Origin: Octopus sinensis
Lineage: Eukaryota
Reading direction: 5' to 3'
Assembly: GCF_006345805.1 (NCBI RefSeq)
Contig: NC_043002.1
Span: 95,294,001-95,358,000, forward strand
DNA: 64,000 nt
Shown here one piece after another: positions 12,390 to 25,012 of the stretch. The first letter of the stretch is position 1, and each line of letters starts with the position of its first letter. The notes beneath the pieces were generated by a model. The model was not told the origin of the DNA, ran no database searches, and saw nothing but the letters and a program-made list of their open reading frames with translations. The position numbers and the translations under genes were made by a program.

Positions 12390-12582
12390 ATACAAGTTAA
12401 AAGTAAATGATTGCAGCATGGAAGAACATGTTAGCCAATAAGAAACACACAAAGGCAATTAACTTCACTTATTGCTTCATTTATTGCTTGTAATATGGTG
12501 TTAAAATTTTCATTGCTCAAAACTGTAACCCACTGCTGTGACCAGGTCATAGTTATGAGTGATGAGAATTTTGTCACCATGT

Positions 12583-12970
12583 TAGGCACAGGCATAGCTG
12601 TGTGGTAAGAAGTTTGCTTCCCAACCACATGAAGCTGGGTTCAATCCCAATGCATGGCAACTTGGGCGAGTGTCTTCTACTATACCCCCAGGCCAACGAA
12701 AGCTTTATGAGTGGATTTGGTTGACAGAAACTGAAAGAAGCCCATCATATGTGTTTGTTTGTGTTTGTCCCCCACTACTACTTAACAAATGGTGTTGGCA
12801 TATTTATGTCCCCATAATCTAGCAGTTCAGCAAAATTGACCAATAGAATAAGTACCAGGCTTTACAAAACATACTAAGTACTTTGTTATCAATTCACTCA
12901 ACTAAAATCCCTCAAAACAGTGCTCCAGCATGGCTGCAGTCTAAGGACTGAAATAAGTAAAAGATGAAAG
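12583..12970 (+). mobile_element. tRNA-derived SINE family A, full length
   Basis: Head TAGGCACAGGCATAGCTGTGTGGTAAG with B-box GGTTCAATCC, tail GACTGAAATAAGTAAAAG. Confidence 0.8.
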
Positions 12971-13855
12971 ATATTACAAATAATAAACATTAACAATTTT
13001 TATGTGTTTTCGAATGGTTGTTGTGTGTTTTTTAATGCTGCAATCATTTTGGTTTCAACACATAGTCCCAGATCAAATCTCTTGCTTGGTATGTACATCT
13101 CTGTTGAAGTAAATGGTATATTTCCTGTTTTTAGAATCATGATATACTTATCATTAGCATTTTAACGTACACTTTTCTCTACTCTGATAGAATTTGTTGA
13201 GGTGGATATTATATGGCCAGATACCCCTCCTGTCACTAGCACTAACTTGTTACCATGTAAGGTTAATAGTTCCCCATAACAGAACAAGATTGGAAAGAAA
13301 GGACATCGCTTGCATGACAGTGATACTTGCCTAAAGCTATCACACATTGTAAAGACAAGGAGACAGCAACACGCACACACACACACACACACATGCATGC
13401 TCACACACACAGTATGCATGCTTCTGTCTCTGTCTTTCAAATCCACTCACAAACCTCTGGTCAGCTTGGGACAAAAGTAGAAGACACTTGCTTCAGGTGC
13501 CACACAGTGAGACTGAATGTGAAACATTGTTCTTGAGAAGCAAACTGCTTACCACAAAGCCATGCCTGCGCCAATATAAACAAAGAAAATAATTTTGATG
13601 TTGGAACATCAGAAACACATCTTTTCTTCTAAATATATATATATATATATTCCCATGAAATAAAACAAAAAATGAAATTTAAAGGTTGGTTGGCATCCAT
13701 GATTTTGTAGTTTTTTCTTTGCAATTTTTTTCTTCACATTCACACAATTTAATGTTCTTAAAAACTTCAGAATAAAATTATTGCAAAATGGTAGATAATA
13801 TATTGTATAATATTCTATGTGTGTGTGTATATCTATATGTGAATGTGTGTGTGTG

Positions 13856-13899
<44 letters not shown>

Positions 13900-14609
13900 G
13901 TATTCATAACTTTGAGTTTAAAAAAAACATTTAGAATGTATTATTATTTTGATTAGAGACACTAAAACTAGAAAACAGTTTTTCTATTAAATATTTTATC
14001 TTAAATTCAGTAGAAGTGTTTCTTAATTTAGTTTTCTCTTTTCAAAAATAATATTTTGGATTTCTCTTTTTTTTTATATAGAAAATTTATTTCTTTTCTA
14101 TTTTTTTTTCTCCCTGAATATTTTGTAAAATTAAAGAATACATTCTATGCTATGAAATTTTTAAAAATGGGCTGAATTGTATTTTAAGACAAACCTGTAT
14201 TTTTTGTGATCTGTAAACAAAAGAAAATATTTCTAGTTGAAGAATACCAAACTAACTAGAAGCTGATTAAGGGTTTTTCTACTGTCATACTAAATTCATC
14301 TCTCCTAGAAACAGAAAATATTTTCCAACTCTTATCTTTTGCATTTGTTCTTCAATAACCAACTCAAGAGGAATTTGTAATAAAATGTTCATTAATAGGC
14401 TGTGACTGGCAACAGTTTACTGATTGCTTTAAATAAATTGACAAAGAGACTACATGATGCAAATATCAAACTATACAAAGTTGAGGTTTAAAACTGTGTG
14501 TTTTTAGAAAGCCACAAATAATGCAAGTTATAAAGTGGCGAGCTGGCAGAAGTATTAGAATGCCGGGCAAAATGCTTAGCAGATATTTGTCCTCATCTTG
14601 TTTGTTGTT

Positions 14610-14655
14610 AACACACCATTTCGGCTGATATACCCTCCAGCCTTCTTCAGGTGTC
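14610..14655 (-). ncRNA. minimal hammerhead ribozyme motif, degenerate at stem III/cleavage site
   Basis: Minus strand reads GACAC-CTGAAGA-A-GGCTG(GAGGGTATAT)CAGCC-GAAA-TGGT-GTGTT. Stem I, the CUGANGA core, stem II and GAAA are present, but the CG-UH segment is mutated. Confidence 0.65.
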
Positions 14656-14759
14656 TTGGGGAAATTCCAAACCTGGGTTCTCATTCCTGAGGTATTTTTC
14701 AATGTTGTTGTTGTTATTATCATCATCATCTTCATCATCATCATTATTATTAATATTAA

Positions 14760-14794
<35 letters not shown>

Positions 14795-14820
14795 TCACTG
14801 ATTTCAGTTCCAAGCTGTGA

Positions 14821-14855
<35 letters not shown>

Positions 14856-14902
14856 TCAAAAAATACCTCACGAATGAGAACCCAGGTTCAAAATTTCCCC
14901 AA

Positions 14903-14945
14903 GACACCTAGTGAAGGCTGGAGGGTATATCAGCCGAAATGTGTT
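14903..14945 (+). ncRNA. minimal hammerhead ribozyme motif, inactivated copy
   Basis: GACAC-CTAGTGA-A-GGCTG(GAGGGTATAT)CAGCC-GAAA-T-GTGTT. The core is scrambled and 3 nt are deleted relative to the left copy. Confidence 0.5.
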
Positions 14946-15034
14946 AACAAAAATAAGATGAGGACAAATACCCGTCAAATGTAAATAGTGTACATAATTC
15001 CTCATCTCTTGAATATAGAACTGTATTAACAAAT

Positions 15035-15856
15035 AACTTATTTGCCTAAGTTTTAACATTATCTTCTTCGAAATAGTGACCTTGCACAGCAATACACTGG
15101 TCCCAACATTCCTGCATTTTTGGAATCTGACCTGGAAGTCGTTTTCCATAAGTAAGTCTAGGCTCTTTTGCAACTTACGCTGGTTTTTGACAATGGTGTT
15201 AAAACAGTGACTTTGAGTTACATTTTCTTATGAATGACCATGAGACTGCACCTGGAAGTCTGAGGTGCTAAATCTGGTGAATAGGGTGGGTGCAGAAGTG
15301 ATACCATGTTGTTTTTGGTGAGAAATTCATGAGTAAGGAGAGCTCAGTGGAGAATCTAATTCTTCACACTCTATAGATCTTTTGCTGAATGTTCTCCCTC
15401 AAATGCTTCCAAACGTCGCAGTAGAACTCTTGACCGACAGTCTGGCCCTGGGGAACAAATTCTCAATGCACAATACCACATTTCTGGAGGTGATGATCAT
15501 GAAAGGTCTTCAAGATCCTCTCATTGTCTTCTAGGGGTGTTCTTCTCCTTTTGAAGCACCCATGCCTCTCAAAACATTGCATACGACCCATTGCCTGTAA
15601 GCTTGCCAAAGTATGCTCAATGTTTCTGTAGCAGACTTCCCAAGTTTAATGCAAAATTTCACATTGGCTCTTTGTTTCTGTCCATGTCAAAATCACAGAC
15701 TACTACTTACACAACTTGTAAACTAAACACAGCTGTCACTCAGCGCAATGCCTCATGAAGGTCACTGCTAGCTCTCACTGCACACACAACTATGTGCTGC
15801 CTTCTGTTGGCAAACAACAGAGCTAGTCTGAGAACCTTTTCATACCACCCTGTGTA
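15035..15856 (-). mobile_element. mariner transposon relic with internal deletions
   Basis: Minus-strand remnants: QRANVKFCIKLGKSATETLSIL (HTH), GIVH*EFVPQGQTV..EFYCDV and HPPYSPDLAP. A terminal repeat remnant lies at ~15830-15856. Confidence 0.85.
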
Positions 15857-15887
<31 letters not shown>

Positions 15888-15894
15888 GATCATT

Positions 15895-16212
15895 ACCAGC
15901 GTCACCTTACTAGCACTTGTGCTGATGGCACGTGAAAAAGACATTCGAGCGAGGTTGTGGCCAGTGCGCTGGCATGTAAAAAACACCATTTTAGCGTGAC
16001 CATTGCCAGTACCGCCTGACTGGCTCTCGTGCCAGTGACACGTAAAAGCAACCACTACACTCTCAGAGTGGTTGGTGTTAGGAAGGGTATCCAACTGTAG
16101 AAACTATGCCAGATCAGATTGGAGCCTGATGCAGCCATCTGGTTCACCAGTCCTCAGTCAAATCGTCCAACCCATGCTAGCGTGGAAAGCGGACGTTAAA
16201 CGCTGATGATGA
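15895..16212 (+). mobile_element. RTE-LINE 3' tail copy with two VNTR units
   Basis: GGCACGTGAAAAAGAC..., GTGGTTGGTGTTAGGAAGGGTATCCA, ending GGAAAGCGGACGTTAAACGCTGATGATG. Confidence 0.75.
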
Positions 16213-16224
16213 TATATATATATA

Positions 16225-17130
16225 TTCCCTCAAATGCCCTGGTGGCTCATTAGATGCAGTAAATAATTTCTGCTACCTCGGAGGCCGTGGGGGAAGATGC
16301 ACAGACAGTGTGATAACTAAAATAATAGAATGGAGGAAATTCTGTTGACCTTGAAAGGTTTCTCTCTCTGAATAAAAGGAAGATTGTATGATGTATGTAT
16401 ACGGAGAGCAATTCTATATGGTAGTGAGATGTGGGCCCTGAATGCAGAGGACATGCAAAGGATAGAAAGGACTGGGGCTAGTATGCTCCACTGGATGTGT
16501 AATGTAAATGTACATGTTTGACAGAGTGCTAGTGTTCTGAGAGAGACGTTAGGTATAAGAGGAATTGGTTGCTGTGTGCAATAGAGAAGATTGCACTGGT
16601 TTGGTCCTGTAATGCAGATGGATGCCAACAACTCCATAAAGAAGTGCTAGTCTCTCAAAGTGGATGGAACACGTGGAAGTGGGAGACCCAAGAAGACATG
16701 GGATGAAGAACTTCAGAACGACCTCAGGATGCTGAACCTTTCAGGCGAGATGACAAAGGACTGAAATGCCTGGTACTTTGCCATACCTAAGAAGACCCAT
16801 ACTCTGCAACAGAAGTGATAATACTAATCCTTCTGGTGGTGTAAAACACTTGTGACTTGTGACAGTGCTACATAAAAGCGCTTATGTAATGCCATGCAAA
16901 AGCACCTGTGCAGAGCTATGTAAAAGCACTCATGCAGCACCATGTACAAGTGTCTGTACGGAGCTACATAAAAGCACCCAGCATACTGTAAAATGGTTGG
17001 CATTAGGAAGAGCATCCAGCCAGGGAAAGGAAGCTAAATTAGACTGGAGTCTGATGTAGCTCCCCAGTTTTCCAGCTCAGGTCAAATTATCCAGTCTATT
17101 CCAGCATAGACAGTAGATGTTAAAGATGGT
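16225..17130 (+). mobile_element. decayed RTE-LINE 3' fragment plus tail
   Basis: LKCPGGSLDAVNNFCYLG..., ILYGSEMWALNAEDMQRIER, RRLHWFGPV, GRPKKTWDE, followed by a repeat-containing UTR and GATGGTGAT tail. Confidence 0.75.
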
Positions 17131-17139
17131 GATATATAT

Positions 17140-18410
17140 AAACACAGACATGCAGAATGTAAATAGATACCTTTAATTTTCAAAATCTTTTATTTAATAC
17201 ACAAAGCAAACAATTGAAATGTAATCGATGTCTGTAGGACTACATACTTTAGTATTTAGTTGACATTCTTTTTGCAGTTTTTAATTCAGAAACTCTTTTT
17301 GGCATTGAACTGATGAGCTTTGTGATTGTCTCTTGTGGAATTTCTGCCCACTTTTCATGCAACAATCGAAACAATTCATCTTTAGATTTAGGTTTCTGTT
17401 GAGTTTTTCGTATAGCTCTAGCTAGTATGCTCCAGAGATTTTCAATTGGGTTCATGTCAGGAGATTGGCTTGGCCAAGGAAGCTTTTTGATCCCATTTTT
17501 GATTCCTTTTCACTGTGTGGCATGGAGCCCAATCTTCCATGAATAAAAACTCATTTTTCGCTATGTTATCGTGTGAATACATCAGAAGTAGTCCTTGCTT
17601 AAGTATTTCGATGGGTTTTTTTTTTTTAGAGTTTATGGTTCCGCCACATTCGATCAGCTCAGAATGACCATTGCTGGTGAAAGTTCCCCATACCATTACA
17701 GAGATACCGCCATGTTTCACAGTTGGTTGGAATCGCTTCAACTCAAATTCTTGACTGGGAAGCCTCCAGACCCAAACACGTTCACTGTCCGAAAATAATG
17801 CAAATCTGGATTCATCTGAGAAAATCACTCTATTCCAAAATGATCTGGATTTTTCTGACATCTCCTTAACCCATTTCTTTCTTTTCATGATATTAATTGG
17901 TTGAGGGAGAGGTTTTCTTCTAGCTGCTCGTCCATAATACCCAAGCTTATGCAGATATGTAACATATTCTTGGACTAATTCTAGCTGTTTTGCAATGTCA
18001 GAATCCTTCGAATGGGGTTCGTTTTCCACAATTCTCTTCAAATAGTGAAGCTTCCTTTATAAAGGCTCAGGTCAGCTAGGACAAGAATCTGTTGATTCCT
18101 TTCCTTGGCTTTTGAATTTCACTATAATTCTATTAATAGTAGCAAGAGGAATTTGAAGATTTTCAACAATTTTTCACTGGCTAAGACCAGCCTCTGATTG
18201 CCCAACAATATGACCTCTTTGAAAATCTGACAGTTCTGATGAATTTTTTGTGTATGGCATGGTTACTCTTCACACATGTTTAATATAATGGTACCTGGAA
18301 AGAAAAAGAATAATTACATTGCAAATTCTACCCTGCTGAAAACATATTAAGATGCTTAGATCAGAAATTTTGAAAATTAAAGGTGTCTGTTTATTTCCAT
18401 GCTGCATGGA
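17140..18410 (-). mobile_element. Tc1-family DNA transposon, nearly full length, transposase disrupted
   Basis: ATG at 18260 (MPYTKNSSELSDFQRGHIVG). ORFs 17457-18041 (VIFSDESRF, KHGG.SVMVWG, EDWAPCH) and 17249-17455 ([WPSQSPD]MNPIENLW). TIR remnants 17161-17186 and 18367-18392 match at 24 of 26 positions. Confidence 0.92.
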
Positions 18411-18648
18411 ATTTTGCCAGTGAACAGGTTGCAGTCGCAAAGCGATGAAAATATTTAGGCAAATTAAATTTAAATGTCAAAGTGAATATAACAGTTTTTG
18501 TGTGTTTTTGAATAGCTTATAAACACCTTCCACACTGTAATTGTTTTCATTCCAGCACACAATTTCAGATCAGGTCACTTGCTATGCAAGTACATCTCCG
18601 TAATATATATATATATATACACACACACACATATATATATATATGTGC

Positions 18649-18679
<31 letters not shown>

Positions 18680-20917
18680 AGTTTGTGTGTATATATGTTT
18701 GTGTATATATAACACTTTCCCCTCTAAGATATTCCCACTCTAACATTGTACCTACTGTTATTGCCCCAGCCATCATAGGTGCTCTTTTTATTTTACTTTC
18801 CAAGCGGCCATGTTATCCTGAGTTTAAAAAAGCACTTAGTACACACTGTAAGGTGTTGGCATTCAGGAAGGGCATCTCACCATAGAAGCTATACCAAAAA
18901 TATTATCAAACTGTCCTTCCCATGTTGATATAGAAAACAGATGTAAGATGAAACGATGATGATGTGTGTAAACCACTATTGTGAGACACTGAGGAAGTGA
19001 AGTGTAAGATAGCATGTTTCTACAACTGTTATGTAATCATTTGGCATTTGGTTGAAACATGTGTCCTTAAAGCATTGAATGTAATGACTATTTTCTGCTT
19101 TATTATACACAAACACACACATATATATCAAATATATAGACAGGTTTATAATCCAAGTTGTCCTCAGTAAGCACATCTGCATTCTGTCTCTGAATAATTT
19201 CTAATAGATTTTGTATGTTTCTCCTACATATACAATTTTCTCATTCCTGTTAGTAAATGAAACACATGTAACGGTGAATAAGTAAGACCCAAAAAATTGT
19301 TTCCAATCTCCTATCTTGGGAGATGTATATATATATATATATATATATAAGCTAAAATACATCTAATATAACAAAAGCAATTATTTATTATTATAAATGC
19401 AAAATTCCCTGCTGTCATTGTGCCATCAAAAACATATAAGCCATCAATCTGTGTAGCCCTATGTAGCCCACAACTCAATTCTCGATAGGTCCATTAAAAG
19501 CCACATGAATCCTTTATCTCATGCTTGAATTACAAAAGAAACCAAAATATTTCAGCTAAGTTTAGTCTTTGATAACAGATACTTACTTTCATTTTACCCC
19601 CTAATTTCAGTACAATATTTTATTGATGTGAAATCATTACACACATTAGGTTTTTATAGCAGGGAAAAAAGAAAATAAATGAATAAATGTAATATAAATA
19701 GAATATTGATAGAGATATTAATAATCTAAATACTGTAGTGGTGTTTGTTTGTTTTTTATTTGCCGACTGGGATTTGTCCATATGACTTGGTATTTTCCCC
19801 GAGTAATTCTTGAAAAGAATTCTTGCAAAGGAAATCCAAACAAATACTTTAATATGAAAGAACAAACGTTGCAAGAAAATTGTATTGAGTTTGGATTTAA
19901 AGAGAATTTTAGAACCCAATAACTTGCTGTAGTAGCAAAATAGCAAGTTTTCTTGCCATAAGGGAGCGTATTATTTTATCTGCTACATAAAGTTGTGTGT
20001 GTGTGCATGTATGTATTTGTTTACATAATATACATATATTATATATATAGTATGTATATATACACACATACACATATATATATATATACACATACATATA
20101 CACATATATATATATTATATATATAATATATATAGTATGTATATACACACATATATATATATATATATACATATACACTCATATATATAATATATTTAAT
20201 ATATATATAATATATTTAGTATGTATATATACATATATATACACACATACGTATACACACACACACACACATATATATATAATATATTTAATATATATAG
20301 TATGTATATATACATATACATATATATATATGTGTGTGTGTGTGTGTATTTATGATGAAGGATATCAAATGAAATGCTAGAAAGAAGAAACTTTAGAAAT
20401 ACAGAATTAATTTTAAAGAAAAGAAAAAGATTCTCTTTTTTTTTTTTATTGATATTAAGTGAATTGTTTTTCGATAGTGAAATAAATAAAAATAGATTAG
20501 TATATAGATATTGAATTAATCTATTTTAAAAGCTTATTGAAAAAAATTAGTTTTATGTTTAATTTTGTTATTGGTTTTACTCTAAATGTTTATTTATTTG
20601 TATTTATATATTTATTAAACTATCACAGCTTGCAAATCAGATTAACTCCTCACTGAACATTTATAGGAAAGGATCAATAGCTAAGTTTAACTTACATAAC
20701 ATTATCTTTATCGTTATTGCCATTTCTTTATATGACATCATTGCAATATTCCAAAACCATTTTCTGAGGATAATTCATGATTTGAGAAACTTGGAAAATA
20801 TCAGTAGGAAATGTTTGAAAAATTCTAATTTTGAAAGAATCATCAAAGTACAATATAGTATAAAGGAATGTAAGTCACTTTTAATGCTTTAATTAAAAGA
20901 AAAAAAATGGAATATAT

Positions 20918-21123
20918 ATACTCTTTTACTTGTTTCAGTCATTTTGACTGCGGCCATGCTGGAGCACTGCCTTTAGTCGAGCAAATCGACCCCAGGACTT
21001 ATTCTTTGTAAGCCTAGTACTTATTCTATCGGTCTCTTTTACCGAACCGCTAAGTTATAGGGATGTAATCACACCAGCATCGGTTGTCAGGTGATGTTGG
21101 TGGGTACAAACACAGACACACAA

Positions 21124-21172
<49 letters not shown>

Positions 21173-21360
21173 TACACAAATATATATATATATACAATGG
21201 TCTTCTTTTCAGTTTCCATCTACCAAATCTATTCACAAGGCTCTGGTTGGCCCAAGGCTATAGTAGAAGACACTTGCCCGAGGTGCCACGCAGTGGGACT
21301 GAACCCAGAACCATGTGGTTGGTAAGCAAGCTACTTACTACACAGCCACTCCTATGCCTA
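20918..21360 (-). mobile_element. tRNA-derived SINE family A, full length
   Basis: Same sequence as 1408-1775, ending ACACAGCCACTCCTATGCCTA. Confidence 0.85.
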
Positions 21361-21839
21361 TATATAAACAAATATAAATAAATAAAACATAATTATCATC
21401 ATTATCATTTAATGTTTGTCTTTCCATGCTGGAATGTGTTGGGCAGTTTTGAGATTCAATGGGTCTGAGGAATGCATCACGTTCTAATACTTACTTTGGT
21501 ATGGTATCTTCAGCTGGATGTGCTTCCTAATGCCAACCACTTTACAGTGTACTGGATGCTTTTTTCATGCCATCACATTAATGAGGTCACCATGTAACTC
21601 ACATCCCCTTCAACTTGAATGGAACTACAACAGAGGGGTTAAATAATGAGAGAAGGGGCTTCAACAGGTTTCTTTCTGTAAAAGAGATACATTGATACTT
21701 GCATTATTCAAAAGTGGATGAGAGTAGTCAGAGTTGGAAAGAAAGATTAAAGATGGTATAGTAACGAGGTATTGGGGTGGGCTCTAGAGGTGAACAGAAG
21801 TGAATGAGACCAGAAGAACAAGAAGGTTGTATAATGTTT

Positions 21840-22050
21840 TGTACAACCTGATTAAGTATATGGGTGACTAGATCGTATCTTATTCTGTCAGATAACTTAA
21901 GCACCTCAGTAGTAGTTCCTGATGGTCCAGAGGCTTTCCTTGCATTGATATCCTTAATTGCTTTATCTAAAATACTGTTGTCAACGCCTTTCATATTGAA
22001 ACCAAAGATAGTAGTTTTCCTTCTAGGTCTGACTTAAGCCACTTGAGCTG
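21840..22050 (-). mobile_element. RTE-LINE fragment (region just upstream of RT)
   Basis: ORF 21728-21994: LDKAIKDINARKASGPSGTTTEVLKL..YDLVTHILNQVVQ, homologous to 8283-8612. Confidence 0.75.
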
Positions 22051-22088
22051 CTCACGGTTGATCTCCTTTGTTATTGTTTAGTTTGGGT

Positions 22089-22317
22089 TTAACCCTTTAG
22101 CATTTAAACCGGCCATATCTGGCCAAAAGTATTCTGCCTGTTTTATGTTCAAACTGGCCGTATCTGATCTCTCACACCAACCCTACAATTTCATCTTAAA
22201 AATTAACAGCTACCTCATCAAAATCTCATAACTACAAGATAAGACATGATTAGTTCAAAACAATGTGAATAAAAAAGCATTAACTTTGGCAGAATAATGT
22301 GAACGCTAAAGGGTTAA
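22089..22317. mobile_element. piggyBac-type MITE family 1
   Basis: TTAA|CCCTTTAGCATT...AACGCTAAAGGG|TTAA. Confidence 0.8.
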
Positions 22318-22384
22318 AAGTTTGAAGTGGACTAAACCTTTCATATCCCACCAAACAGATAACAACACCTCATGTGGTTGAAGA

Positions 22385-22935
22385 CCTTCCTTAGTCACTA
22401 TTCAGTCCAAAAGAGGTTTATTCATGAGATGTGACAGCAAAGAAGAGCACACATTTACTCTCTGTGTGCGATTAGACTCGAAAAGTTTGTGAGGAACCCA
22501 CTGACCCAATTTGCTAATTTTTCTGATGGCATGCAGGTGTCGATGAATGGTTGAATGACCAATTCCAAGCTTTTCTGCTAGTTCCTCAACTGTTGTGATG
22601 GGATTTCATTCCACCAGGGTTTACAGGACATCCTTGTCGAGCTCTACAGATCTTCCAGGACAATGCTTGTCTTCTTGGCTGTAGTTTCCAGCTTGGATTT
22701 TATGGAATCACCGTTCCAGGAATTGGCTTATGCTTATTGTCCCATCCCCATATACTGCATTAATATTCCTCACACTTTTCGTTGCATTGCTGCCTTTATT
22801 GAACTCATAAAGCAAAATATGCTCCTTTGTCACTTCCATTATAGCTTTGATAAAATAACTGTCAAAATTGAACTGCACTCTTCAAAACTTGCACTAAGAA
22901 TAAGCACAGGGTAAAATTTCTATCTGCTTTTATAG
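22385..22935 (-). mobile_element. mariner (Mos1/Hsmar-like) transposase N-terminal relic
   Basis: ATG at 22839: MEVTKEHILLYEFNKGSNATKSVRNINAVYGD...NPITTVEELAEKLGIGHSTIHRHL..KLGQWVPHKL. WVPH is the mariner signature motif. Confidence 0.88.
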
Positions 22936-23754
22936 CAAGTTGGATGCAGGTGGTTTATTCTGTCTCCCTCTGAATTTTAGTTCATGCAATTGAAAAGACC
23001 TCATTATTTATGGGATGACCCAATACATTTACAATCATCTGCCTGTTTTATTTTTTGGTTAGAATGTCATCGATCTGGCTTGTGTGGATAGGTGATCAGA
23101 TAGTTGTCTAGTTTCCTGAAATTAATCATATGTATATATATTAAGGGATTGGTCTGGTGTAAGAAGCCATAGCCATGTATTTTGCAGTCCCTTAAAATCC
23201 AGGTTGATATTTTCTTGAGGGAACTGCTTGTTGAGAAATGTGGGAGTACTATGGACAAAAGGTGCAATTCTAGAAAACTAATATTCAGTGGAGGGGGAAC
23301 TAAGGAAATAGTGTGTGTGGAGCCTGGATGTAGTTAATGCAGAATATGTGATGATAGGAGAAAAGATGAGTGTGTTGGGCTGGTCTGTGAGCATCAGACT
23401 TCAAGGGAACAGAGGCTGTAGTAGTAGGGTGAGATGACAGCATATATGTGTGCTAGAGGTTAGAGTAAATTTTAAACTTTCAGTTATTCACAATAGCCAT
23501 TTCTGCTGTATTTTTGTTCTCATGTTGTACATCCATTTGTTGCATATTAACACAGATGTGATTGCTCTTTTGTTAGAGTTGTTATTTTAAGTGTAGGATA
23601 CCTTTTCCTACCACTTCAATCATGAGGTCTAAGTGAAAGAATATTTTATCTGTTTGCCAAACAGAAACAAGCAGAGTTGAGTAGCCTGCTGAAGGATACA
23701 ACATGTTTGTCATAAGATTTGAATTTACGGTCTTGTGGTTAGTAGTTTATCTCT

Positions 23755-23982
23755 TTAACCCTTTTGTTACTGTATTTATTTTGAGATGCTCTGTGTTTCT
23801 TTCAATTACTTTAAATAAAACAAAGAATTTAGTAAAATTACTTAGTTATCATTCAGCTAGTGTTAGGAACATAAATTGTGACTAAGGTTTAATGGAAGAT
23901 TTTGATTCAAAACTTACAAAAACAAGACATTTGTACTCAGAGCCAGTGCTGGTTTCAGCTGGATCAGTAACGAAAGGGTTAA
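23755..23982. mobile_element. piggyBac-type MITE family 2
   Basis: TTAA|CCCTTTTGTTAC...GTAACGAAAGGG|TTAA. An inverted sister copy lies at 55424-55651. Confidence 0.8.
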
Positions 23983-24867
23983 CCACACGACTAACATGTT
24001 TGTAATTTCAGAAATCTGAATAGTTTAGTGCTAAAATTCCTGATTAACTTTAACTGCAGAGTACATTCTCATCTTTACAAAGTTGATTTTTATTCTGTTG
24101 TTAACTTTCCTGATCACATTGCCATTTACCTGATTACTTTGCCATCCTTGGACAAGTTTCCCAATCATGTTCTTTCATTCTGCTACCAGTTTCATTCAGT
24201 GGATTGTGATTATTCTAGACCACTACTTTCAGAAGTTCTATTCTATTAGATCAACTCCAATATTTTGTCTGGTGCCTGTTTTATTAATCTTGTAAGGAAT
24301 ACAATGCAAATTGTTTACGATGCAGAAATAACTTCAATTAAACTAAATACTTCATGATACTTTTGTTCAGTGCTCTAACTTTGTTAATTCCATACCCAAA
24401 TATGACGGAAAGTGAGGTGTAATTCTTTTAAAATCATGCCAGGATGGAACAATGAAAAGTGGATGTAAATCAATGATAATGATGTTATATACTCCATCTG
24501 TGTGTGTGTGTGTGAGTCTGTGTGTGTGATTGGCTTTCCATCTACCGAATTTCTTGGACATGGTTTGGTCAACCTGAGGCTTGCATGATTGGATCACATC
24601 TGGAATCATATGGTTTTGAAGGGAACTTCTTAACCACACAGTCATGCATTTACCTGTATCTTACTTGATTTTCCTATATACTTTGTCTTGGTTAAAATTT
24701 TCAATCATATCTTTGGGAATTATAGAAACAAATCCCTTTTGTTTGTTTTCCGTCCTGTTTTTCCTTGCCAACACGGGTTAGAGGTATATATTATCAAGGC
24801 ATTATTTTACAGCCAGATACTCTTCCTATGGCTAAAACCCATCTTTCAAGTAAGAGATCACTCATTC

Positions 24868-25012
24868 ATCATCATCATCATCATCGCTTAACGTCCGCTT
24901 TCCATGCTAGCATGGGTTGGACGGTTCAACTGGGGTCTGGGAAGCCCAAAGGTTGCACCAGGCCAGTCAGATCTGGCAGTGTTTCTACAGCTGGATGCCC
25001 TTCCTAACGCCA
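24868..25012 (-). mobile_element. short RTE-LINE 3' tail copy
   Basis: (CAT)n CGCTTAACGTCCGCTTTCCATGCTAGCATGGGTTGGACGG...GATGCCCTTCCTAACGCC. Confidence 0.8.

Larger units (their letters stand above)
14583..14972. repeat. large imperfect palindrome: two head-to-head copies of one interspersed element
   Basis: Left arm 14583-14798 and right arm 14817-14972 share ~120 bp of unique sequence (~88% identical by eye), (AAT)n tracts and GTGACCTG. The loop is 18 nt. Confidence 0.9.

Noticed and set aside
14647-14911. Mirror-image ORFs starting MSWGN on both strands
   Set aside because: This is a by-product of the palindrome and (AAT)n tracts, with no coding signal.
20667-20869. ~68-codon open frame between AG and GTAAGT on +; also minus-strand splice-bounded frames at ~10515-10545, 37900-38110, 38571-38652 and 57760-57895
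   Set aside because: No recognisable protein, competing candidates on both strands, and such frames are expected by chance in AT-rich DNA.
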